Source: Ranitomeya imitator
Lineage: Eukaryota
Direction: 5' to 3'
DNA length: 64,000 bases
Assembly: GCF_032444005.1 (NCBI RefSeq)
Contig: NC_091286.1
Location: 575,236,001 to 575,300,000 of the forward strand
Of this stretch, positions 11,881-22,315 are shown piece after piece. The notes under the pieces were generated by a model. The model saw only the letters and a list, made by a program, of their open reading frames with translations. It searched no databases and was not told where the DNA came from. The position numbers and the translations under genes were made by a program. Within the stretch, counting starts at the first letter, position 1. Each line of letters begins with the position of its first letter.

Positions 11881-12217
11881 TGCTAAAAGTGGTTTAGTCA
11901 CACTGTGGGGCTTAGAATGGAGAGGGGCATTTGGATTTGGGAGCACAGAATGTGCTGGATTCCTTTTGGGGGCGAGGAGCCATTTTACTTTTCCAGTATC
12001 GTGGTACTACCAATATCATGGAAGCCCCCTATATTTCCACTGACAGATGGGGGACCTGAGAGTGAACTTTCTTTTTTTTGTGGATTGATTTGAAGCTTCT
12101 TGTTAGGAACATTTTACATAATATTTGGGATCAAATTTATCCGGCGCTCTATGCTGAGCACTTACATCTGGGTTTCCAGATAAATATTCTTGGATCCCGG
12201 TCAGACGCCTCTCAATC

Positions 12218-12300
12218 AGCCAAACCAGATCTCCACTTTGCACTGACGAAGGGCAGTACCCCGAAACACAGTGTCTGCAAATTGAGATTCTGGTTTGGCT
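12218..12300 (+). ncRNA. Type I hammerhead ribozyme
   Basis: TTTGCA-CTGACGA-AGGG CAGTA CCCC-GAAA-CACAGTG-TC-TGCAAA. Complete core; stem I TTTGCA/TGCAAA, extended by AGCCAAACCAGATCTC/GAGATTCTGGTTTGGCT; stem III with a 1-nt loop. Predicted cleavage after GUC (C12275). Confidence 0.88.
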
Positions 12301-12412
12301 TTTATCCTAAGTCATGTGACAAGGCTCGTTAAAGGGTCGACATTGACTGTTAGGATTGCTACTTCCAATAGGTGGCACTAGAGTTCTAGTCCTCTTTCTC
12401 TCTGAAGAGACA

Positions 12413-12467
12413 ATTTGCATATTTCCCAGAGGAGCATTGCGGCTTTAAGTCTCCTCACCTCGACATG
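12413..12467 (+). promoter_or_regulatory. Putative snRNA-type promoter elements (octamer, SPH-like, PSE-like)
   Basis: Exact octamer ATTTGCAT (12413-12420), directly followed by ATTTCCCAGAGGAGCATTGCG (SPH/ZNF143-like), then CTCACCTCGACATG (12454-12467, PSE-like). Confidence 0.5.
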
Positions 12468-13699
12468 CTTAACATGTCACTCTCCGCAAGGAGAATCGAT
12501 AGATCTTGGATCCAGACTAAATCTCCGAGTGACGTGAGTCAGATGAAGCCCCCAAGGGATCCATTCACTATAATGGGGCAGCAGAGTTACTCTGGACTTC
12601 ATCTGGCCTATGTTCTGCATTGTCCTTCTTTCCAGAAGTGCACTGTGATCGATGGCACTTTTACGCATGTCTAATAGATGGACACTGCTGGATCATAGGC
12701 CAGACAATGTCCACAGTGCCTATGGAAATCTTCCACCAGGGGTTCCCTCTGAATCACGTATTTCAGAGATTTACGCGGAAACCCTGGTATAAGTGCTCAG
12801 CATAGAGCGCAAGATAAATACACGCCGAGACTTACCGCGATCTTTGGGAGGGGGAATGAACAAACAAGAATTGTTTTTATTTATTTTTCTGCCCACAGAG
12901 TCAAATGAGGGCTTGTTTTTTGTGGGACGGGTTGATGTTTTATTAGTATCATTTTTGGGCACATTACATTTTTTTTATTGTTTTCTATTCCAATTTTTGA
13001 GAGACAGAATGAACAAAAACCAGCACTTGAGGAATTGGGTTTTTTTTGTTTTTTTTTTAATGCCGTTCCACGTGTGGTAAAATTGATAAGGCAGCTTTAT
13101 TCTTCGGGTCAGTACAATTAAAGCTATACCGCATTGATAGAGTTTTTTTTTGTTTTGGCGCTTATTCACAATACAAACTATTTTATAGAAAAAATAATTT
13201 TTTTTTTTCATCACTATATTCACTTCTACAGTCTAATAATAATGGATTTCCAGCTGCGCACCTGACTTAAAAGGCAAGCAGGGAAAAGGGGGGAGGGATC
13301 TAGTGTAATGAAAGAGGAGGCAGCATATGCCTCATAGCCTTGGAAAACCAAACGGAAAAAAAATAAAAAATTTACAGAACAAGGCATCATCCATGAGGCA
13401 TACAGGAGTGACTAGTTTCAGCTATCTACAGCTTGTATGCCCCCCAAAAAATAGGTAAAATCACTCAAATGGGGGAACAGATTCCCTTTAATATTGGTTG
13501 ATTCAAACAATATTCTGAAATTCATTGCTTATTTCAATTATATCTTTAAAAAAAATAGCCTTAGGGTCAATGTTCATTTATTACTCAACATCTCTGTTTG
13601 GTTGTTTATTTAAATTATACATGTAAAACTCAGGATGATTATATTTGGCCTGAGACACCGGCACTGCCCCTCCCCCCCATCATGTGAGGCACTTTCTAC

Positions 13700-15545
13700 T
13701 GTGTAGAAGGCAATGTGTGTCCTATAATACTATATGGAGGACTTTGTAGGGCCCTTTATGTGGGGCCATTATACTGTTTGGAGGGCTATGTGGGGCCCAT
13801 TATTCTTTATGGAGGACTATGTGGGGCCTATTATACTGTATGGAGGACTATGTGGGGCCATTATTCTGTATGGAAGATTATGTGGGGCCATTATTCTGTA
13901 CGAAGGATTATGTGGGGCCCATTATACTTTATAAAAGGGCAAAAATGAGAAAACAAGAAAAAACTGCACCAAACTGTTAACAATAGTCTCAATCACTCCT
14001 TCGTTTGGAGCATACCACATAAAGATAAGCTTGGAGGTGCATAAAAAAATGTAAAATTCCAGGTGTATTTAGAATTATGAAGGATAAACAGCACTCACCA
14101 TTTCTTAAAAAAAATTAATGTCCTTTAATCCCATGTGGCGGGACAACCTTTTGACAAGCAGAGGTAGCGGGGAAGCGAAGAAGGACAACAGCCATTTCGC
14201 ACCTATCCCAGCACTTCTGGATATTATTTTGTTTTTTAAAGCAATGGTGAGTGCTGTTTATTCTTCATAATTCTAAAAATACTTTATAGAAGGCAATGTG
14301 GGGCCTATAATACTATATGGAACACTATGTTGGGCCCATTATACTGTACAAAGGACTATGTGGGGCGTATCATTCTATACGGAGGACTATGTGGGGCCCA
14401 TTCTGCTGTATGGAGGACTATGTGGGGCCCATTATACTGTATGGAGGACTCAGTGAGGCCCATTATTCTATATAGAGGACTATGTAGGGCCCATTATTCT
14501 GTATGGACAACTATGTTGGTCCATTATTGTGTATGGATGTCTTTGTGAGGCCCATTACTCTATATAGAGGCTACGTTGGCCAAGTATTCTGTAATGAGGA
14601 CTATGTGGGGCCCATTATACTGTATAGAAGGCAATGTGGGGCCCATAATACTAAATGAAGGACTATGCAGGGCCCATTATACTGCACAGAGGACTACATG
14701 GGGCCCATTTTACTGTATGGAAGGCTATGTGGAGTCATTATACTGTTTGAGGGACAATGTAGAGTTCATTATTCAATATGGAGGACTCTGAAGGGCCCAT
14801 TATTCTATATGGAGGACCATGTGGGGCCCATTATACTGTATGGCGGACTATGAGTGGCCCATTATTCTATATGCCGGACTCTGTGGGGCCCATTATTCTA
14901 TATGGAGGACTATGTGGGACCCATGATTCTGCTTGGAAAACTGTGGGGCCCATTATTCTGTATGGAGGACTATGTGGGGCCTGTTATTCTGTGTGGAGGG
15001 CTCTGCCGGGTCCATTATACTGTATAGAGGGCCCATAATACCATATGGATGACTATGTGGGCCTATTGTACTTCATGGAGGACTATGTGAGGCTGATTAC
15101 ACTGTATGGAAGGCTATGTGAGGCCGTTATACTGTTTGGAGGACTATGTAGGGCCCATATTCTGTATGGAGGACTATGTGGGGCCATTATTCTGTATGGA
15201 GAATTATGTGGGGCCCATTGTACTTTATAGAAGGCAATGTGGGGTCCATAATGCTATATGGAGGACTACATGGGGCCCATTATACTGTATGGAAGGCTAT
15301 GTGGGACCCATTATTTTGTATGTAGGCCTATGCGAGACCAATTTTTCTGTATGGTGGACTATGTGGGACCAATTATTCTGTATGTAGGACAATTAGAGCC
15401 CATTATTCTGTATGGAGAACTATGTTGGGCCCAATATTCTGTATGGAGGAATATGTAGGGCCCATTAGTCTATACAGAGGACTATGTGGTGCCCATTATA
15501 TTGCATGGAGGACTATGTGGGGTCCATTGTACTGTGTGTAGGCCT
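13700..15545. repeat. Degenerate ~30-bp minisatellite (TATGTGGGGCCCATTATTCTGTATGGAGGAC)n, interrupted at ~13930-14285
   Basis: Dozens of degenerate tandem units; related to the array at 46320-48505. Confidence 0.93.
14068..14277. repeat. Small inverted-repeat element, possibly a Penelope-like remnant
   Basis: 35-bp arms TTTAGAATTATGAAG(G/A)ATAAACAGCACTCACCATT with 1 mismatch; decayed hammerhead-like GAAG...GCGAAATGGC on the minus strand inside. Confidence 0.45.
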
Positions 15546-16170
15546 ATGTGGGGATCACAGTTGGGGCATCATACTGTGTTGGGGTCACTACTTTGAATGG
15601 AGGGTTGAAGGGGTGAGTACAGTAGGGTTATGATACCGGGCTTGTGGAGGGTACTGTGGAGGAATTCACTGTGGGGGTAATATATTGTGTTTGGGGGCAC
15701 TTTTGTTGGCATACTTTATGGGGGCTTGTGAGGAAATAATCCATCCTTCGGTCCTGTGATCTGACTCTTAAGATCTAGTAATTAAATGTGCTTTGTTTAT
15801 GGGACAACCCCTTTAAGTTTGTTTCCATATGAAAATGTTCATCATTATATTTGGTGATGAGGAAAAACGTCCTCAATTGTAGACTTTTTTTTTAAATAAA
15901 TATCAAGGTTGGCCAGTGACTCTGTACAAGTTTTTAATTTTTTCCCTCTGTGTGTTTTAGTTTGACATCCTGATATAAATGATGAATTGTTAAATAATGA
16001 GGAAGAGACCTAAGTAATCTCTTACATTTTCTGTTAACATTACTTATTTTATTCTACTTAGCCATGAAAATTTTTCAGAACTGCAAGAATTATGTTTATT
16101 TCTGTTACCGAGATCAAAACTCAAGCTTAAACTTTTTTTTTCAGCAGTTTGTGGGTTTTTCAATATGTGC

Positions 16171-16251
16171 CCGCTAGAGGGCATATGACCTGGAAATAAC
16201 TATAAGACTAGTCCAAGAACTAAGTTTATGGTGTCTGCTGCCCTCTAGTGA
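16171..16251. promoter_or_regulatory. Convergent pair of CTCF-like motifs
   Basis: CCGCTAGAGGGCAT (+, 16171-16184) and TCACTAGAGGGCAG (-, 16238-16251), each 1 mismatch from CCRSYAGRKGGCRS. Confidence 0.45.
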
Positions 16252-16585
16252 CTAATATTATTGGCACCTGTTTTGTGCTATAAAATGTCATTCACATGAG
16301 TTAAATAAAGGCATTCACATGTTATGGTTCTGTAGATGGATACTTATTTTTAAAAGATTAAATGATAATTCAATCAAACAATATTACAGAAGTATTTAAT
16401 CTCACTTATAATACTATGAGGCTTTGAAAAAAAGTCATGAACTATGCTCCAGTGGTGCCTCTTGATATTATGGATGAGGAAAAAAAAGAAAATCAAAGGA
16501 GGGTTCCTTCTGGTATGCCAACATCCCATCCTGCCTATGTTTCTATGGTAGCAAATTATTGCACATGTAGTAAAATATGATTTTA

Positions 16586-16965
16586 AAGGGAACCTGCCAC
16601 TTACAAAAATGCTATTTATCTACAAATTTAGTGGTGATCGGAAGGTAAATGACATTTAAATAATGTCCGGCAGGCCTACTGGAAGCATGGCTGCAGTGAG
16701 AAAATGAAGTTATTTTCTCCCTGCAGCTGTTCGCTTCCTGTCACTGAGGCGGTGCAGGGGGCTGTAACGGTCACTACTCAATGAGGATGCTGTAATCACT
16801 TCATATTGACATCCTGCTCTGCACACTCAATGCACACTGGCAGCAGAGCAGGCTGTCAGTCAGGGGGAGTGATATCAGCCGTGCTTACTGTGCAGTGAGA
16901 GGTGCCTGTCACAGCCCCCTGCACCGCCTCAATGACTGGAAGCGAGCAGCTGAAGGGAGAATAGA
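16586..16965. mobile_element. Truncated Kolobok/T2-type hairpin MITE
   Basis: Starts TTAAAGGGAACCTGCCAC; internal inverted arms at ~16725-16770 and ~16910-16960; right end not seen. Confidence 0.5.
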
Positions 16966-17024
16966 AGTTCAAGTTCCACTGTTACCACTCTTCCAGTAAA
17001 CTAGCCTAACATCATGTAAACACT

Positions 17025-17583
17025 ATTTATCTTCAAATTACCACTAGTTTACTGCAGATTATCACTAGTTACCTGCAGATTACCACCATTTACCTGCTAA
17101 TTACCACTAGTTACCAGTAGATTACCACTAGTTTACCGCAGATTACAGCCAGTTACCTGGAGAGTACCACTATTTACCTGGAGATTACCAGTTTAATGCA
17201 GATTATCATTTTTTACCTGGAGATTACAACTAATTTAATGCAGATTACCAGTAATTGCCTGCAGACTACCATTATTTACCTGCAGATTACCAATTGTTAT
17301 CTGCATATAAGCAATAGTTACCTGCAGATTAAAACTAGTTACCTGCAGTTCACCACAAGTTTACTGCAGATTACCACTAGTTACCTACAGAATATCACAA
17401 TTTACTTGCAGATTACTGCTAGTTTACTGCATGTAACCACTATTTACCTGCAGATTACCACTATTTATTTGCGGATTACTACTATTTACCTGCAGATTAC
17501 CACTAGTTTACTGCATGTAAGTACTATTTACCTGCAGATTATCACTATTTACCTGGAGATTACCACTAGTTTACTGTATATAA
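17025..17583. repeat. ~21-bp tandem repeat (TTACCTGCAGATTACCACTAG)n; it resumes at ~20180-20260
   Basis: Visible tandem units; the translated frame shows a 7-aa period (LQITTIY). Confidence 0.9.
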
Positions 17584-17599
17584 GCACCTTCATACTGAG

Positions 17600-18025
17600 C
17601 AACTTAACAACGATAACGATAGCGATCCGTGACGTTGCAGCGTCCTGGATAGCGATATCGTTGTGTTTGACACACAGCAGCGATCAGGATCCTGCTGTGA
17701 TATCGCTGGTCGGAGCTAGAAGGCCAGAACCTTATTTCGTCGCTGGATCACCCGCTGACATCGCTGAATCGGCGTGTGTGACGCCGATCCAGTGATGTCT
17801 TCACTGGTAACCAGGGTAAACATCGGGTTACTAAGCGCAGGGCCGCGCTTAGTAACCCGATATTTGCCCTGGTTACCATTGTAAATGTAAAAAAAAACAA
17901 ACACTACATACTTACATTCCGGTGTCTGTCGCGTCCCTCGCCATCAGCTTCCCGCACTGACTGTGAGCGCCGGCTGTAAAGCACAGCGGTGACGTCACCG
18001 CTGTGCTCTGCTTTACAGCCAGCCC
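17600..18025. mobile_element. Truncated Harbinger-type MITE of the same family as 35547-36252 and 50034-50746
   Basis: Shares the core hairpin GGTAACCAGGGTAAACATCGGGTTACTAAGCGCAGGGCCGCGCTTAGTAACCCGA. Confidence 0.75.
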
Positions 18026-18029
18026 TCAC

Positions 18030-20176
18030 AGGACTTATTGCAGTTGGTGGAGGAGTGGCTCCAGCCTGAGTTTTTTTCTCCGTATGAGATGATGGAGAGA
18101 ATTGTGGCTGACCGGATGAGGGCTCTGCCGGCCGCCATGCAGCGTTGGGTCGGGCTGAGGGACCTAGTCACCCTGGAACTGCTGATAGAATTGGTGGAGC
18201 AATATAAACTCTCTTAGAACGTTGCACCAGAGCCCGGGCATGGGGCTAGTAACTGTTCAGTGACGTCTGAGCCCATGGACTGCGGGAACACTTGCCATGA
18301 ATCTATGTGTGCCCAGCCAGACTGTATCACCATTACGGACACAGCTGGCAACAAAACACGATTGTGCCAGGTACTCGTGAATGGGTGCCAAACAGAGGCT
18401 CTCCTGGACCCGGAGAGTAAAGTGACTCTGGTCCATAGGTCCCTTGTTGCCAGGGACAACACCAAAGGACAGAAAGTGGAGGTGATGGGTATCCACGAGG
18501 AAATCCGGGAGTACCCGACTGCGGAGGTCAATATTTCTACACCGTGTGGGGACATTAGACATGTGGTGGGAGTGGCAGAGACCCTTCCATATGGGACTGT
18601 GTTGGGAAGAGACTTGCCCTTGTTTTGGTCCCTGTGGGAGACCAGGGTCAAACCTCTCGTGGAAAATGTGCCGGGTGTAGAACCTGAAGATGGTGAGATA
18701 CCTGCCATAGGGGTCGCCAAACTAGGGACAGAGTGTAATTCCGATAGGCTCCCCCTAGAGGTAACGGCAGGAGAAATTGAAAATGTTGTTTCGGGTGTAG
18801 AACCCGAAGATGCTAAGATGTCTGCCACGGTGTCGCCATTTTAGGGATAGAATGTAACCCCGATAGGCTTCCCTTAGAGGTTGTGGCAGTAGAAGTCGTA
18901 GGGACCCCATTGAACCCCGAGCTAGAGGTGTTCCCTGGTAAGGTTGGAACAGCTGAGATCCAGGGTTCCACATGGAAACGCAGGTATAAAAAATGCAGGT
19001 ATGAGAAGAGCCGGGAGTGTATGGTCATGGAAGCGACTGGGGACATGCGAACACGGAACCCTCTGGCACCGGTCAAGGATGTGGCCGGGAGTCAGGCTAA
19101 ATTAGATAAAGCGCTCACTAGACAGCAGTGTCGGGAGGCTCAGGTACAGGTGCAATGTATTACAGATATATGCTCAGAGTTTCCGGCGCGGTCTGCAGAG
19201 TTTCAACATAACATAGTCACCAGGGTACCGGTACGGAGTGGACGCTACCAGGGGCCCGAAGGCCGGTATTTAGGTAACAGGATGTGCTATGGGGTTAGTG
19301 AACCCAAAATAAACAAGGTCGAGACCACCCAAAAATGGCCCAAACCTATGGTAAAACATGAAAGTGAGCATGTCGTCGGTGGTAGGTGGTCCCGTAAGGA
19401 AGTATGGAGGAGGGATGCATGCACCGATCAATGGTTCCAGTCCCTACTTTGGTTTCTTAGTGTAGTGTCGGGCGGGGATGTCATAGGGACATGCAGATGC
19501 CCTGTCTCGCGCCCATGTGGGGTGACAAGTGTTCAACCCCACAAGTTTGAACAGGGGAGGGGGATATGTGAGACAGTGACCCCTGTTACAGCTAGGGGGC
19601 GCTGTTTGTTCTTTCTAGGATGCGCACAGAGGTATAGTGAGGCCATGAGGGGGCGTTACAGTTGCAGGTGTGGCTGTGATTACAATTGTTAAAAGCCCTG
19701 TAGTATAGAGAGGTTTTAGATTTGAGTCTGCGGAGTCTCAGATGTGTCAGGGCCAAAGTGAAGCCCGACAAACCACAGCATACACAGTGGTGATGCTGTC
19801 CACGATGAATGGTCATGGATGTAGACAGGTCTTGTGCCCGGAGGTGAACCGTAGGTAGACTGTCCTGTGCCCGAAGGAAGGACCAGCGTGTGTCACAGCT
19901 GCAGACAGGAGGATGTCAAGGTCTGTATAAGGTTGTGAGTAGAGACTGTGATACAGCTGTGCAGGACACCCATAGAACTAGTCAGAGGAGGACTAGCATG
20001 TGTAGTGACTGCAATATAATGGATGCTGTAATGAACTTGTGTGAACTGAACACTGAAGTTATGTGCATTTAAGTTATATGTTTGGAATTTTTTCTGTGTG
20101 AAGATAACGCATTAAAGAGACGTTTATGTTTGAACTTTGTGGGTCACAGCCTCTTCACTGCTACTGGTGCTTTACA
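18030..20176 (+). mobile_element. Internally deleted, degenerate Gmr1-like Gypsy element with its 3' LTR (19567-20176)
   Basis: SCAN-like remnant (DLLQLVEEWLQPE), protease remnant (LVNGCQTEALLDPESKVTLV), short integrase and RT scraps (RNPLAPV, PKINKVE), PPT GGGGAGGGGGA then TGTGAG...TTACA. Confidence 0.75.
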
Positions 20177-20650
20177 ATGGAGATTATCACTAGTTACCTG
20201 CAGATTATCTCTACTTGTCTGCAGATTACCACTAGTTACCTGGAGATTATAGTTGCTCGTAATTTTTTTTTTTTTTTTTGTAGGTAACAGCTTTGTTTGC
20301 ATGTAAATTGAGATACAATGAAAGCTTTCATGAAACCCCCCAGCTTGCTTTAATTTTGCCCTCAATCATGTGTGACTGCAGAATTCAGCACTTTCTGGTG
20401 GCAGGGTCATACAGTATTTGCCTCTAATCACTGGAGATTCATTGCCCGGGCAGCAGATCACAATGGCAGTGGCAAATTCAGGAAGGAAAATATTTTGTGT
20501 ATTTTTTTTTTCCAAGCCATGGTCTGAGGTGATGGAAATGCCAATAAAGCCATCATCTGTCTGGAGAAGGGAGGCGAACGCACAGGTCGCACGTCAGAGA
20601 GAAAGGGAGGGAGATAAAGAGTGTTCCCTCTTCTCCTCTAGAGAGTAAAG

Positions 20651-21860
20651 TGTGGTGCCCCAGGGTCCTAGTCATCACCGTAGCATTGCTTTCCTCACGA
20701 GGAGATTGATGTTACGCTTGAAGGCGTAAGAACTGTAAGAAGGGATAACTGTAACCAGGTACCACAAACATGCAACACATTCACCCTCCAGGCCACCAGG
20801 GGGAGCTTTTGATCCTATTTACTAGGTGACTCCCCTTATATATATATAACTGGTAGTCTGTAAGGAAAGTCAGTCAGTTCCAGGACAGTCCAGTCAGTTC
20901 TTGCCAGGAGACAGACTGGATCAGTCTGATGCAGCAGAGGGTTTACGGAGCTGTGTAGCCGCAGTGCAGCAGTTCCCGGAAAGAGACATTCAGAAAGCCG
21001 AATTGATTGCAGTGAACATGCAGGAGAGCAAAGCACAGGAGAGGATATCAGGGGGAGACCAGCCCCGAGCAGGCTGCCTCCTTCTGAGGCGCAGAGCCGG
21101 AACACCGAGGTTGTAAGGACCTCTACGACTTACATCAGAGACCGGCAGGTCAGCTGAACTCCAAGTTACCTGTCCGACCTAATACCCAGGAGGCACAGTG
21201 ACACCCTTAGAGGCTGGGGCGTGCTAGAGTCCCTATAAACCGCCTCAAGTCACCAGTCATACGGGTTATGTCTTATCCTATATGGGGGACAGAGAGAGAT
21301 AACATCTGTGAGGACCTTATGTGAAGCCATAGGCAGTAAGGGACTACATCACCACCATGGCGCTAGAGGAAGGCATTGATTTCCACCTGGATAACGTGCC
21401 CTGGACTGTGGCTGCCTGAAGTCGACAGTAAACAAGGTAAAGAGACTGCAAACCTGTGTCCACGTTTCTTACTGTGCCATTCACCATCTACCATCCAGAC
21501 ATCGGGAGCCCTGGGAATATAGTTCACCTGTGGGAAGGTATACCATCTAGCTGCCATAACATCACCCCAGAGGACCCCTTAAAGCAGCGTTGGTCCCCAC
21601 TGACCGAATACCACAGGTGGCGTCACGAACATAAACTTTATTCCCTTTAACACACTAGAAGTCCCAGAAATTTCGAGCTCCAAGGGTTCCAAAGGTAGAA
21701 ATGTTAAATGACCCCTCTCTGGGACTTCTAGTGTTAAAGACCTTTCCCCTTTTACATGGGCGCCCAGGGCCACGGACGGGGTTGCAGCCACCGTGACATC
21801 CCCCCGTGAACTCAGGACCTGGTACCGAGTACCCCACGGCCCTGGCGAGCGACTCAAAAG
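20651..21860 (+). mobile_element. Probable LTR (~20651-21627) plus a short internal remnant of another LTR element
   Basis: Begins TGTGGTGCCCC, ends near GGTGGCGTCACG; no coding domain recognised. Confidence 0.4.
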
Positions 21861-22315
21861 TTCAAGTGATCGCTCATTGGTGATATTTAAAGGGAAACTG
21901 ACATCTGATTCATTTCCCATATTTTATGTCGTATATGACTAGTTTTAGACAGGACCAGTCATATAAGACACCACATGAAACTCGTGACAGGTTTTCTTTC
22001 ATCACTGAATGTAGTATTTAGTTGTTGAATGTAGTGTCCACGTATAATTCAGCTATTTTATGATGACGATGCTGACTGAGATTATTTTTCTACCAACATG
22101 AAGGATACGATTACCCGATGAATGAGCCTTTTACTTGATTGTTAGGAGATCATCTGCATATTTACACTGTCTGATGGAATGAGCTTTCTTATGACCAGTC
22201 GTACCTCAATTTTTGACCTGTGTAAACATAGCTTTCATGCTTAGGGCAGCATGAGCTGTAAATATCGCCCTGCCTGCTGGAAACACATTGTGCATTGGTG
22301 CATTGACTATATATA

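Larger units (their letters stand above)
12188..12513 (+). mobile_element. Retrozyme-like / satellite-2-like monomer, ~316-bp unit
   Basis: 10-bp terminal redundancy TCTTGGATCC (12188-12197, 12504-12513). Contains a hammerhead and an octamer. Interrupts the piggyBac-like element between ...TTCCAGA and CTAAATC... Confidence 0.75.
9108..13220. mobile_element. Degenerate non-autonomous piggyBac-like element with ~390-bp internal tandem subunits and nested insertions
   Basis: Starts TTAA|CCCTTTCACC. AAATTTGTTG(T/C)GCAATTTCT recurs at ~10212, ~10601 and ~10999, with a weaker copy at ~11309. 9570-9640 is the reverse complement of sequence near 33550-33605 in the TTAA-flanked element. Right end not found. 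Confidence 0.55.

Noticed and set aside
13715-15458. Many overlapping ORFs with GPIILYG/MEDYVG repeats
   Set aside because: They are translations of a degenerate minisatellite, open in several frames at once, with no domain.
17196-17795. 199-aa LQITTIY-repeat ORF
   Set aside because: Translation of a 21-bp tandem repeat running into a MITE.
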